Shown here piece by piece: positions 1-11,879 of a stretch of DNA of 64,000 nucleotides. This DNA is from Chiloscyllium plagiosum (Eukaryota), in NCBI RefSeq assembly GCF_004010195.1, contig NC_057719.1:5752062-5816061 (forward strand). The letters run 5' to 3'. Under the pieces are notes generated by a model. It searched no databases. It was not told where the DNA came from and saw only the letters and a list, made by a program, of their open reading frames with translations. The position numbers and the translations under genes were made by a program. Every line of letters begins with the position of its first letter. Position 1 is the first letter of the stretch.

Positions 1-37
1 ACCTGCTGCGCTTTTCTAGCAACACATGTTTAAGCTC

Positions 38-402
38 AAATACAGATAAAGAAGGACACCACTTCGACTGGGCCAACACATCCATTCAAGGACAAGCCAA
101 ACAAAGACGCACATGAGAATTCCTAAAAGCATGGATTTCCAACTGGAACTCTATCAACAAACACATCGAGTTAGACCCCATCTACCACCCCCTGAGAAAA
201 GGAACAGGAAGTGACTTCACCACAGGAAATAACATTACCACAGGAAATGACATCACCAACCCGAAGAAACCCCCAAACATATAAATAGAAAGCAGGAATT
301 TTCAGCATTGCTTTGCATGAGGCCCACTGAAGATGTTACCTAGTAAGGTAACAAAATGTATGGAAATGAACCTCCAAGCTCAGCGAGCAAACCTACATCC
401 AA
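38..402 (+). mobile_element. Penelope/Poseidon-type PLE 3' fragment (end of GIY-YIG domain plus terminus with decayed hammerhead)
   Basis: Reads TDKEGHHFDWANTSIQGQAKQRRT*EFLKAW and is homologous to 43970-44455. CTGAAGA-T-GTTACC...GGTAAC-AAAA at 327-356 has GAAA mutated to AAAA. Confidence 0.75.
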
Positions 403-409
403 AATTTGT

Positions 410-1030
410 GTCACTGATAGACAGGGTGGTTAAGACGACAGTTAGTATGCTTGCCTTCATCACTCAAATCTTTGAGTATAGGATTCGGGATGTCATGGTG
501 AGGTTTTGTAGCATGTAGGTGAGTCCTGTTCTATAGTACTGTGTGTAGCTCTGGTCACCTTGCTGCAGGAAAGGTATTAAACTTGAGAGGCTCAGAAGAG
601 CTTTACCAGGATGCCGCCAGGAATGGACAGTTTGAGGTATAAAAATAGGCTGGATCGGCTGGAATTTGTTTCACTGACATGTAAGAGGGGGTGACCTTAT
701 AGCACTTTATAAAATCATGAGGTTCTTTTCCCTAAGGTGACAGAGTTCAAAGCCTCACATATTTTTAAGGTGAGAGTAGAGAGATTTAAAAAGGACATGT
801 GGGGCAGCCTTTTTACGCAAAGGGTGGTTTGTGTGTGGAATGAACTGCTAGAGGAAGTGGTGGAAGCAGGTACAGTTGCAGTATTCAAAACACATTTGGA
901 TATGTGCATGAGCAGGAATGGTTTGGAGGGATGTTGCCCAAACACAAAAAAAAAGTGGGGCTCGTTTAGTTTGGGAACATGGTTGGCATGGACTTGTTGG
1001 ACTGAAGGGTCTGTTTCTGTGCAGCATGAT
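410..1030 (+). mobile_element. CR1 LINE 3' fragment, decayed
   Basis: Typical CR1 ORF2 C-terminus (FTQRVV.VWNEL.EEVVEAGT...FK.HLD) and 3' tail ggacttgttggactgaagggtctgtttc. Confidence 0.85.
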
Positions 1031-1377
1031 TCCACGGTTGAATATAGGGTCTTGACACTTTGACGGATGAAGTTGTTCCAAATTACAATCACTACTTGCT
1101 GTTATGAAGAGTGGGTCCTTGTTGGCATTTAATAGATCTGTTCTGGTTTGGTAGTGAATATGTAGGCAATCTGGTGTTGGTAATTGTCTTTATCTTTTCC
1201 ATAACACTCGTTTACAACTCCTAACCTGGCATAAATCTCCCTAATTTCCCGGAAACACATCTCGTTATATTAAAAGTTTGCAGTGCAACCCATCATATGG
1301 CAAACCGAAAAAAGAACTTTACAATTTATTTGAATTTCTCAGTAACAACTGAAAGAAAAACATTGAATTCCTCTTCA

Positions 1378-2095
1378 AAGAACAAAAAACAATACACCAC
1401 AGGAACAGGCCGCTTCAGTCAACCACGACTGTGCCAACATCTGATGCTTTTCTAATCAAGAAACCTTTTGCCTCTTGCAGTCCATATCCCTCTACTGGCA
1501 AGATGCCTGTTGACCATTGCTATTGTATTCATCTCCACCACCACCTCTGGCAGTGCATTCCAGACACTTATCACCCTCTATGTAAAAGACACCTGCTCCT
1601 TACATCTCTTTTAAACTCATCTCCTTTTACCTTAAACCTGTGTTCCTTAGTAATTGATATTTCTAAAACAAAACAGAAATTGCTGGAAAAGCACAGCAGA
1701 TCTGGCAGCATCTGTGGAGAGAACTCAGTTAACGTTCAGGTCTGAGGAGGGGTCGCTGGGCCTGAAACCTTAGCATCTGTGGAGAGAAATCAAAGTTGCC
1801 AGACTTGCTGAGCTTTTCCAGCAATTTTTATTTTTGTTTCTGATTTCCAGCATCCACAGTTTGTTAGTTTTTGTTTTAATTAACATTTCTACCCTGGGAA
1901 AAAGACTTTGACTAGCCATGCCTCTCATAATTTTGTACACTTCTATCAGATCCTCACCCTATGCCTTTCAAGTGAAAACAAACTACGTTCAATCACTCCT
2001 CATAACTAATACCTGTACCCTCTCCAAACCCTCCACATCCTTCTGGTATTGTGACCAGAACTGTACACAATATTCACAATGTGGCATAATCATGA
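1378..2095 (-). mobile_element. CR1 LINE 3' fragment interrupted by a PLE-derived fold-back
   Basis: Reverse-strand CR1 C-terminal sequence, with its tail at about 1380-1430. Confidence 0.75.
1666..1878. mobile_element. Short PLE-terminus fold-back, family B
   Basis: Inverted arms aaaacagaaattgctggaaaagc / gcttttccagcaattttt. Hammerhead-like CTGAGGA-GGGGTC...GGCCT-GAAA near 1742-1768. Imperfect TSD aattgatatttcta / aattaacatttcta. Confidence 0.75.
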
Positions 2096-3606
2096 TTGGC
2101 TCAGGCATCCCTCTTCTAATAAGCTTTTAGAAGAGTGTTTTATCGTTCACTTTTTACTTTATCTCCCAGTATATCACTTAAAAATCCCCAACTGTCTGAC
2201 AGCAATGGTCCTAGAGGTCCTCTCATTTTCCCTAGTTTCAACCATATACCTGTCAAGAAGCTGGATCTCAATAAATGTTTCTCACGCTTATATCTATAGT
2301 CAGCATAAAATATGGTCGGAAAATCTGGACAAAGCAGATAATCTCTCAACTTCTCCTTTATCTTATTTGTAATTCACTCCATCCTTTTCTGATGCCTCAC
2401 CTCTGCGCAGTTCAGCATATATCTTCCTTTGCAAGATTGCCACTGTGCGTCTCTATCAACATGTTGCTTCTATTACTAACCTTTCTGTAGTATCCGGGAT
2501 AGGTTCTTTAAGGTTTTACTGTTATCTTTGCATGTTGTATCTGGCCAGCGTCATCCGCAATCATGTTCTTGATACATCCTGATGACATGTAAGACAATGT
2601 AACTTCAACTCAAACTTGCTTGCCACTTTCATTACCTCAACTCACGGTGGTTAAAACCCTTGTGCTGTTTCTATATTTCCTATTGCTTGGTTGAGATATT
2701 AATACAAAGCTCCCTGTACCCTCTCAGGTGGATGCAAAAGATCCCATAGGATTATTTTGAGGAAGAGAGTTTTACCTTGAGCACCTAGACGGGAATTATC
2801 ATTTAATCTGTCTTTTCAATGACAGTTGTTATCTGAATATGACCACATTACTGTTTTTGGGAATTTGCTGTACAGAAGTAGAATGCCACATTTCCTGTTT
2901 TTCCAACAGTGACCATGCTTAGAATATACTTTGTTAACGGTAAAATGCTTTAGGAGTTCCTGACATTGTGAAAGGCACTGTATTTAAATACACCATTTTT
3001 TTGCCATATAGTTTTCTGAGTTGAACTATATGCTACAAGGTGACCTATGTCTTGTGCTAAATCTAATTCAAAATCTCTCCTGTCCTCATCTGTCTCCATT
3101 TCTGACTGATGAAAGTCTTTGTCTTCATTTTGCAAAACTTGCCATATTTTACCCCTAACCTGCAAGCTCATTTAGCTCCTCATTTCAGCTTTCAAGCCTG
3201 CATTATAATTGCCCCCTGCTCCATAGTTGATGGCAGAACTGTTGTCTACCTTGATCCCTCTCTTAGAACGTTCTTTAAAAACCTTGCTGTTTCTCTGTCC
3301 CTCTTAAGGTCTCCATAATCTTTTATTTTAAAAGAGTGTTTTCAACCACTGCTTCAGAATTGTCCCACTACATTTGGCATTTATTTCCTCTCTGTGAAGG
3401 GAACGAATGTTCTCTGCATTAGAGGGGTTTGTATAAGCTGTTGTGAATGATGTTCCAAATTATGCAGTAAGTTGTTAGAATTAGTTCTGCTATTGAAGTC
3501 ACTGCTGGAGGGTTGTAAACATCATTGCAGTTACATTTTATAAGAAACATTTGAGATGCTGCGGCTTTGTTGTTTTTCTCAAGAAAGGTTTGTCTGCTCA
3601 TATCAA

Positions 3607-3620
3607 GTTTCTATGGCAAC
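3607..3620. promoter_or_regulatory. RFX X-box motif
   Basis: GTTTCTATGGCAAC fits the RFX palindrome GTTNCYATRGNAAC and lies in non-repetitive sequence. Confidence 0.5.
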
Positions 3621-3789
3621 AAAAGAAATTGATTAAAACCATCACCATGTATAAGAACAGAAATGGGGCATTTTGAATTTTCTGCAGTGCAAATGGCAAA
3701 TACCTGCTGGCTGAACATTTTCTAGTCAAAATATTTTACTGTGGTGTGCTATTTTAAAAAATGAATAAATTGTGGTAGTTAACAACCCA

Positions 3790-3803
3790 GTTTCTATGGC
3801 AAT
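3790..3803. promoter_or_regulatory. Second RFX X-box-like motif
   Basis: GTTTCTATGGCAAT is 13/14 identical to the site at 3607. Confidence 0.4.
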
Positions 3804-4450
3804 CTGTGAGCGAAGTTGCTGTTGCAAGAGTGCATGGCAACCCCTTTATATTTCAGAGCTGCTGTCACTGCGAGTGGTTTCACCGGCTGGTGGGGCTACT
3901 GTTGTTCTGAATTCAGCTTGTTGACTCAACACGATGAATTCAAAACAACACTGCACATCCTACACTTGTCAAGGACATTTCAAATCCATGCAAGAGTATA
4001 CCATTTTGGATATCTGCCTGACTACAACTGTTCAAATTTTCTCTGCTCACAGCTGGGTTCAGTTCGGTGAAATAAGTTAGCAATTCTGAATGATACAACA
4101 TAAGTAGAGGTATCTTGTTACCTCACTCCCCACAATTTCCTTGTTAGTCCTATCTTTTTTTTCCTTAATATATTGAGCTGATTTCCTTTGGAGTTTTAAT
4201 ATTAGAAACACGTAAGATCAGGAATAGGCCATTCAGCTCCTTGAGGCTTTTCCATCATTCACTGAGCTCATGGCTGCTTTATGGCATAACTTCATGTACC
4301 TGCCTTTGGTCCATTCGCTTAATACCTTTGCTGAACAAAAACAATTATTGAAATAGTGTTTAAAATTAACAACTGAGTTTGAAACTTTCTCCACCACACT
4401 TTTAAAGCAATGCATTCTAGATCGCAACAACTTGCTGTGTTTTTACAAAG

Positions 4451-4660
4451 AAAGTTAAAAATCACACAACACCAGGTTATAGTCCAACAGGTTTATTCGG
4501 AAGTACAAACTTTTGGAGTGCAGCTTCGTCCAAGACGCTACCTGACGTAGGAGCAACACTCTGAAAGCTTGTACTTTCAAATAAACCTGTTGGATTATAG
4601 CCTGGTGTTGTGTGATTCTTAACTTTGTCCACCCCAGTGCAACAGTGGCACCTCCACATC
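4451..4660. mobile_element. Short PLE-terminus fold-back, family C
   Basis: Inverted arms aaagttaaaaatcacacaacaccaggttatagtccaacaggtttatt / aataaacctgttggattatagcctggtgttgtgtgattcttaacttt, with a one-sided tail of about 34 nt. Decayed hammerhead CTGACGT-A-GGAGC...CTCT-GAAAGCTT. A related fragment lies at 39299-39390. Confidence 0.75.
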
Positions 4661-5167
4661 AGCTTTGCAAAGATTTCCTTCTGCTTGTTCTGGATCTTTT
4701 GCTAGAACCTTAAATCTGTGACCTCTAATTACCAATTCTTCTGCCACTGAAAGTATTTTTTTCTTTATTTACACTATCCAAACCATCAGAATTTTAAACA
4801 CTTCAATCAAATCTTCTCTTAATCTCTTCTGTTGTTTTAGGAGAGCAAACTCAGCTTCTCCAGATTATTCAGACATGTGAAACCCTTCAATCTTGGTGCC
4901 AACCCAGGAATTTTCCTGTGCACCCTCTTTAAGCCCTTGATATCTTGTTTAGAGTGGTGATCCAGAATTGAATATTGTACTCTAGTTCAAATTTAACTAG
5001 TATTTGTTAAACATTTAGTCTTACATCTTACATTTTATGTTCTGTTTATTTATAAAATTAAAATATGAAATTATTCCGCCTACTTTTTCTAACGGCCTTC
5101 TCAACCCATCCTGCAACCTTCAAAGATACGCCCCCAGTCTCCCTGTACACCTTATAAAATTGTCATT

Positions 5168-5460
5168 AAGATTAGAAATATTCTGTACAGCATGGGAACT
5201 GGCCATTTGGCCCAACAAGTCCATACTGACCCTCTGAAGAGTAACCCAACCAGACCCATTTCCCTGTGATTAATGGACCTAACACTATGGGCAGTTTAGC
5301 AAGGCCAATTCACCCTAACCTGCACATATTTGGACTGGGAGGAAACCCATGCAGACATGGGGAGAATGTGCAAACTCCAGACGGTCGCCCGAGGCTGGAA
5401 TCAAACCCGGTCCCTGGCGTTGAGGCAACAGTGCTAACCACTGAGTCACTGTGCCTCCCG
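5168..5460 (-). mobile_element. tRNA-derived V-domain SINE (HE1-like), older copy
   Basis: Reverse complement has a tRNA-like head, the V-domain core ggagtttgcacattctcccc and a CR1-like tail. Confidence 0.85.
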
Positions 5461-6147
5461 AATTTAGTTTATAATTAACCTCCATATTTTTCCTACCAAA
5501 CTGTGTCACTGCACACCTCTCTGTTAGTAATTTTTGTTTTATGACATCAGTCTATGAAGTTTGTTACAATCCTTCTTATTCAATGTTACATTTCTGAACT
5601 TTATATTATCTATCAACTTTATAATTTGCTGTTTATCAAGTCCAGGCAATTAATGTCTCAAAGAGCAGTGGTCCTAATACTGATTCCTGGGGAGTGCCAC
5701 TCTAAACTTTATACTTCAAGTTTGAAAAACCACCATTCACCACTATTGACTGACTCCTGCACTTTGAAGATTCTATATCCATGCTGCAACCATCCTTTTA
5801 ATCCTTTTAACAAATCTATTTCTACAGTATCAAACTCTTTTTCAAAGTATGTGCGCATAATATTAACCACACTTCATGTTGATCAAGTCACCCAGCCATG
5901 ATTTGTTTTCTATTACTTCTAAGAATATTGAGTAATTTGTTTAGTAATGCCTAACAAAGTCACCACACCTATTATGGTAGGGAGTAGTTCTCTTCCTATG
6001 AGCCTGTAAGTTGTCTGCTGAATGTATACTCTTGGGAAAGAGTTTGGATGTTGAATCTATACAGATTAAAGACACAGACCTCTTAATTGCTTGGATCAGA
6101 GAAATGTAAATTTTTAACAAAGACACTTGGCAGGATACAGCAACATG

Positions 6148-6281
6148 GCAAAAGTGAGGACTGCAGATGCTGGAAACCAGAGTTTAGATTAAAGGTGTGC
6201 TGGAAAAGCACAGCAGGTCAGGCAGCATCCGAGGAGCAGAAAAATTGACGTTTTGGGCAAAAGCCCTTCATCAGGAAGGTC
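6148..6281 (-). mobile_element. Short Neptune-PLE terminus, family A, single arm
   Basis: Homologous to 7855-7982. Exact 13-bp TSD atacagcaacatg at 6135-6147 and 6282-6294. Hammerhead GAAA is decayed to AAAA. Confidence 0.85.
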
Positions 6282-6876
6282 ATACAGCAACATGTAGGTC
6301 CATTACTAAGGCCTGACCTTGAGCTTGCAGCTAGGAGCTGAAGTGCTGGAGGTTATTTTTGTAACTGGACATTGTCTTCAAAGAAAGATAATTCCAAAAA
6401 CAATGAGATAGTCTACAGAAGGGACAGATTACAAGGTATTTTCTTTTTTCATTTCTGAGAGGTCCAAAATTTGAAATCCTCTCCTTAAGCCCCTATAATT
6501 TTGTCATCTAACTCTCTCCCCACTTTTAAAGCTCCTCTTCAAAGTCACCAAATTTTGATTCTCTCTCCTAATATTTTCTTTCATAATCTCATTGCTTTTT
6601 AAAATTCCTTTTACGTATATCAATAAAGATGTTTAGCATGGTTTTTTCTTGTAGTAGATGCATGCCTTGTACCTTGACTCGGCCTCTGATTCTGAAACTA
6701 TTTGTAGTTTCCTCTAGTTTCTCTTGATTTGGGCAGACTCACTGCAGGTTAACAATTAAATATTTGGCCATGGAGCATACAGCTGAATTTGGCACACTTC
6801 ACTATTGTGCCATTGAGGCATTCAAACCCAGTACAGTTTATAAGCAAGCATGTCTAAGTGTATTTTGTCTCCCTAG

Positions 6877-7010
6877 GTTTGTGTCTGGAGAAACTAGTAA
6901 TGGCAGCATCGCCAAGAAATGATCTGCAGCCTGATACCGAGCAAGAAATAATTACATGTTATGAAAAAGCTGGTGACATAGCTCTGCTTTACTTACAAGA
7001 AACTGAAAAG
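6877..7010 (+). CDS. TTC7B: Internal coding exon of TTC7B (tetratricopeptide repeat protein 7B), probably equivalent to human exon 4
   Basis: Acceptor tattttgtctccctag and donor AAG|gtaaga. The 134 nt read (G)LCLEKLVMAASPRNDLQPDTEQEIITCYEKAGDIALLYLQETEK, matching the TTC7B segment I recall as GLCLEKL...ITCYEKAGDIALLYLQE. The exon ends in phase 0. It is absent from the ORF track. Confidence 0.95.
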
Positions 7011-7131
7011 GTAAGAAGAATGTGATTGGGTTTTACTACTAAAGCTGTTCGGCTCACCTTGCTTTATATCATATATCATGGTGCATTTTGTCTCTTTGTT
7101 TTGTTCTTCATTGAAACTCCTTTATCGTGAT

Positions 7132-7347
7132 TGTAATGAGTTCAACCAAGTAGACATCAGAGAATGAGTCCCCTGATTGGGGCTGTTAATCTGGTGCAAT
7201 CAGGGAGCCCTGGCTGACAAGTAAGCACAGGAATGTCCTGTTCACTCGGAGCTGGCTCTGAGGGAGCTGGATCAGTGTCGCAGTCTCTCTATGTGTAAAT
7301 AACGGGGAACCTGGTGACAGGATACCAGCCTCTGTGGAGTTATTTCA
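7132..7347 (+). mobile_element. Possible solo LTR
   Basis: 216-bp GC-richer block bounded by TG...CA, with an inverted CCAAT-like pair (ccctgattgg...gcaatcaggg) and an AATAA signal near the 3' end. No clean TSD. Confidence 0.4.
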
Positions 7348-7854
7348 CCGTTGAAGTTCTGCTCTTGCTTTTCACTAGTTGCTCAAGTTGCAACATGTTC
7401 AAATTAAACATCACCTTGAAAGGTCTGACGAGTTGGCAGAATATGGTCATTCCACTAGTAGTATTGTTGCTCGTGTTGTGAGAAATGCTGCTCTTCAACA
7501 TCTTGTTAAATCATCTGCTATTGTTTTGCATATTTGACACCCTGTGGAATGAAACAGGAAACTGTCATGCTGCTTCTCACTTATAAATTACTTCATCTCA
7601 GAGTATTCAGTTTCTGCAGTTGATGATGGCTTGCCTCTTTTCTGGGAAAATTCTGTGAAGTTTTTCCTGTTATCATTCAATCCTCCACATGTCATCTGAT
7701 TTTCCAGTTATCTTTTGCTGATGATTCCACTGTACATTCCTTCAGATTGAACAGTCATTGCTTATCACCTTCCCTCTTGCAATGTGATGATTGAATCACT
7801 GTATCTTAATCCCCAATGAACTAGAATCCCTCCGTCAGCTTAAACTAACAAAGA

Positions 7855-9180
7855 GGAGAAAGTGAGGTCTGCAGATGCTGGAGATCAAAGTTGAAACTTT
7901 ATTGCTGGAACAGCACGCAGGTCAGGCAGCATCCAGGGAACAGGAGATTCGACGTTTCGGGCACAGGCCCTTCTTCAGGAATGAGCAGAGAGTGTTCAGC
8001 AGGAGAAGATAAAAGGTAGGGAGGAGGGACTTGGAGGAGGGGCGTGGGAAATGGGATAGGTGGAAAGAGGTCAAGGGGAGGGTGATAGGTCGGAGTAGGA
8101 TGGAGGCGGAGAGGACAAGAAGAAGACTGCAGGACAGGAAGGCGGTGCCGGGCTGGAGGGTTGGTTCGTCCGGGTGGCCCAGAGGTGCTCTCTGAGTCGC
8201 TCCGCGAGTAGGCGGCCTGTCTCCCCAATATAGAGGAGGCCACACCGGCTGCAGCGGATGCAGTAGATGATGTGGGTGGAGGTGCAGGTGAATCTGTGGC
8301 GGATATGGAAGTTTCCCTTGGGGCCTTGGAGAGCAGTGAGGGGGGAGGTGTGGGCGCAAGTGTTGCACCTCCTGCGGTTTCAAGGGAAGGTGCCGGGAGT
8401 GGAGGTTGGGTCGGTGGGGGGTGTGGATCTGACAAGGGAGTCGCGGAGGGAGTGGTCTCTACGGAAAGCTGATAGGGGAGGGGAGGGGAATATATCCTTG
8501 GTGCTGGGGTCTGTTTGGAGGTGGCGGAAGTGACGGCGGGTGATGCGCTGTACATGGAGATTGGTGGGGTGGTAGGTGAGGACCAGTGGGGTTCTGTCCT
8601 GGTGGTGGTTGGAGGGGCGGGGCTCAAGGGCGGGGGAGCGGGAAGTGGAGGAGATGCGGTGGAGGGCACCGTCGACCGCGTCGGGGGGGAAATTGCGGTC
8701 CTTGAAGAAGGAGGCCGTCTGTGTTGTGCGTATTTTGAACTGGTCCTCCTGGGAGCAGATGCGGCGGAGTCGAAGGAATTGGGAGAATGGGATGGCGTTT
8801 TTACAGGGGGCAGGATGGGAGGAGGTGTAGTCCAGGTAGCTGTGGGAGTCGGTTGGTTTGTAGTAGATGTCCGTGTTGATTCGGTCGCCTGAGATAGAAA
8901 CAGAAAGGTCTAGGAAGGGGAGGGAGGAGTCCGAGACTGTCCAGGTGAATTTGAGGTCGGGGTGCAAGGTGTTAGTGTAGTGGATGAACTGTTCAACCTC
9001 CTCGTGGGAGCATGAGGTAGCGCCGATACAGTCATCAATGTAGCGAAGGATAAGATGAGGGGTGGGGCCAGTGTAGTTGCGGAAGATGGATTGTTCCACA
9101 TACCCTACGAAGAGGCAGGCATAGCTGGGGCCCATGCGGGTGCCCATGGCTACTCCTTTTGTTTGGAGAAAGTGGGAGGA
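7855..9180 (-). mobile_element. 5'-truncated Neptune-type Penelope-like retroelement (RT C-terminal half, Cys linker, GIY-YIG start, terminus)
   Basis: ORF 9147-8380 has MGTRMGPSYACLFVG, RYIDDC and LPFLD...IYYKPTD. After one TGA the same frame continues NRRRCNTC...HIIYCIRCSRCGLLYIGETGR. Exact 15-bp TSD ttaaactaacaaaga at 7840-7854 and 9181-9195. Confidence 0.93.
7947..7982 (-). ncRNA. Minimal type-I hammerhead ribozyme motif (family A), intact
   Basis: Minus strand reads AUUC-CUGAAGA-A-GGGC-cugu-GCCC-GAAA-C-GUC-GAAU: helix I AUUC/GAAU, helix II GGGC/GCCC, palindromic ACGU helix III. Confidence 0.85.
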
Positions 9181-9459
9181 TTAAACTAACAAAGAAACAG
9201 ACCAAGTGCCATTCATCTCACTGTAGAATCTGGTAACTGTTTGCTGATGCAATAAAGGGAAAAAAAATCTAGTTCTAAAACACATTAGTACCACCAAAAT
9301 ATGGGATAAACTAGTCAATGAATACTTTTGCTATTTCTTTCTCGCTCTCACCCTCACACCTCCTTTATTCTCTTTCCTCTATGCCCACACCTTACCTTAC
9401 TTTAAATGAGAGGCTATGTATTAAAAGAGATTAGGGTATCCTTTTTCATAATTCACAGA

Positions 9460-10020
9460 AAACAAGTGTGTAGGTACAGCAAGTAATTAGAAAGCCAACT
9501 AGAGTGTTGTCCTTCACTTCAAGAGAATTTGAATACAAGAACAAAGAGGGCTTGCTGCAGTTAGGTCTTTGATGAGACCACACTTGGAGTACTATGCATG
9601 TTTGAATCTGTACTTGAAGAAGGAAATAATTGTCTAAGATGGTGCAGTGAGAGTTCAAATATGGGAGGGTTTTTTTGTAGACAATGTTTGAGTTGAATTG
9701 AGTCAAGATTGCTTGGATTTTGAAGAATGCTCATATTAATATGTATAAGCTGAGAGGCATAAGCAGGATAGATGCTGGGTATATTAGATTGTGAGGTTAC
9801 ATTCTAAGTATGAGGATGTCTGTTTAGTACTGAGATGAAGAGAAATCTTTTTACTAAGTGTTGTGAACCTTTACTGCTTAACCAATTATGAAAGTTTTGG
9901 AGTCTAAGGAAGCTGAAAAAAAATGAAGTTGATGTATTAGTTGAACCATGATCTAACTGGATGATGGTGCAGATTTAAGGAGCTATGTGGCCTGATCCTC
10001 CTCGTATTTCATTTGTCCTT
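9460..10020 (+). mobile_element. Decayed CR1 3' fragment
   Basis: Remnants of the RPHLEY motif (gagaccacacttggagtact) and a CR1 tail. Confidence 0.6.
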
Positions 10021-10859
10021 GCTGCTTGCCCTCCAATTAGACAGTTCTTCAGAGGTAGGTTAAAGTTTGCACTATCTGAAGTGTAAAGAGTGCCCTCATG
10101 TAATGGTTAACATGCTATCCTTCAGACCCCCAAAGATTACCTCACTTCTGTTTGTGGAACCTATAATGTGCAATACCTGCACTTTCATGATTTGATATAA
10201 CTGTCACTTCACACTGATTCAAGTGAAGCCCTTTGTGATGCTTGTGAGAGAGCTGTGCCATGAAACTTAAATGTATGTCTTTCATTTCTAGCCAGTTTAA
10301 TTGCTGGTTCAGCAGGATAATTCATGGCTTCAGCAGTACAACAAAAATGGAATAATAAAGGTTTTAGCTCAAGTTAATTTTCAGCTGGACCTTTGGTAAA
10401 ACTATAAATCACCAAATAAAAAATTAGACCAGCTAATTAAATATGCAATGTAAATCACCCTGGGAAATTTTCTGATTCAGCAGATCCAATTAACTGAAAC
10501 ACTGTCAGGCTAGTCAAGCTAATAGAAAAGCTGAGAAACTTGATAAATGTACTTTTTTCAAAATCATTCTGATAAACATCCAAAGGAGCTGAATGCAATA
10601 TTATATTTAAAGAATGTTATTCTATCATTTTGGTTAAATCTAAAACATCTGAACTTGCTTTGAACAAGCAGGAAATTCAAATTGTTCTGCTATTCAAGCA
10701 GATCGTGCCTGATCTGTAACCTGTTACACATAACATTTTGCACTAGAATAGCACCGCATCCAAACTTCCTCTGTGTGTTTTCCTCTGGCTGCCTGAAGAT
10801 GATTCAGCAATGTCGAATGTGACGTAGCTCTGTAAGCAACTTCTCTAAATTTGGCAGAG

Positions 10860-11400
10860 AAGCATTCTTGGCTCGTGTGGACCATTTCATCTCCTTCGTC
10901 TGCAAGGAGGAGACCATAATTGTGATCATCTTCAAGAAAGGAGACAAGACTGATTGCAATAGCTGCAGAAGGGTTTCCTTGTTGTGTGCCACAGAGAAAG
11001 TCATTGCAAAAATCCTCACTAGCCTTTTCTCAAGAGTTGAAGAGTTCCTACCAGAGTCACACTGCAGATTCAATCCATCAAGAGACACAATGGTAGTGAT
11101 CTTCACAGTAAGACAAATTCAAGAAAAGTGTAGAGAGCAGCAGCAATCTCTCTGCATTGCTTCTTTTGGTCTCTCAATGATCTTTGATCCTGTCAACCAG
11201 AGGGATTATTGAGAGTCCTACTCAAGTTCAATTGCCCACAGAAATTCATCACTATAATCCATTTACTGCACCATGCAATGTCAGTCATAATCCTCACCAA
11301 CAGATCCATGACTGACCCAATATGTGCAAACAGAGGTTAAGCAAGGCTGTGTCATCACACCAGTATTCTTTTCCATCTTCATTTCCACACCGCTCCTCCC
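10860..11400 (+). mobile_element. RTE-clade LINE reverse transcriptase fragment, decayed
   Basis: IFKKGDKTDCNS.RRVSLL...LPESHC.F...RDT...IFTVRQIQEKCREQ, followed by a VKQGCV..P motif. Confidence 0.85.
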
Positions 11401-11552
11401 AACAGTTTTAAAATAAGGGGTTTCCAATTTAAAAAGGAAATGAAGAAAATTGTTTTCACTGTCTATCATAAGTCTGGGGAATACTCCTGAAAGTGGAGGA
11501 ATCAGAGGCATTCAATATTTTTCAGCCAGAGGTAGATTGATTCTTGATTAAG

Positions 11553-11879
11553 ATTAGATTGAGATTAGATTAGATTACATTACAGTGTGAAAACAGGCCC
11601 TTTGGCCCAACAAGTCCACACCGACCTGCCGAAGCGCAACCCACCCATACCCCTACATTTACCCCTTACCTAACACTACGGGCAATTTAGCATGCCAATT
11701 CACCTGACCTGCACATCTTTGGACTGTGGGAGGAAACCGGAGCACCCGGAGGAAACCCACGCAGACCCGGGGAGAACGTGCAAACTCCACACAGTCAGTC
11801 GCCTGAGGCGGGAATTGAACCCGGGTCTCCGGCGTTGTGAGGCAGCAGTGCTAAGCACTGTGCCACCGTGCTGCCCACG
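11553..11879 (-). mobile_element. V-domain tRNA SINE (HE1-like), young full-length copy
   Basis: Near-identical to 47308-47619 and 57857-58169. It has A/B-box-like motifs, a V core and a (TCTAA)n tail. Confidence 0.92.

Larger units (their letters stand above)
4204..5900 (-). mobile_element. Old, heavily decayed CR1 fragment hosting a PLE fold-back and a SINE
   Basis: CR1-type 3' tail (ggaataggccattcagc) at about 4220 and reverse-strand RT remnants (gtggtcctaatactgattcctgggg). Confidence 0.55.

Noticed and set aside
7899..8892. Pro/Ser-rich 256-aa ORF and overlapping ORFs
   Set aside because: These are alternative or antisense frames of the GC-rich Neptune element.
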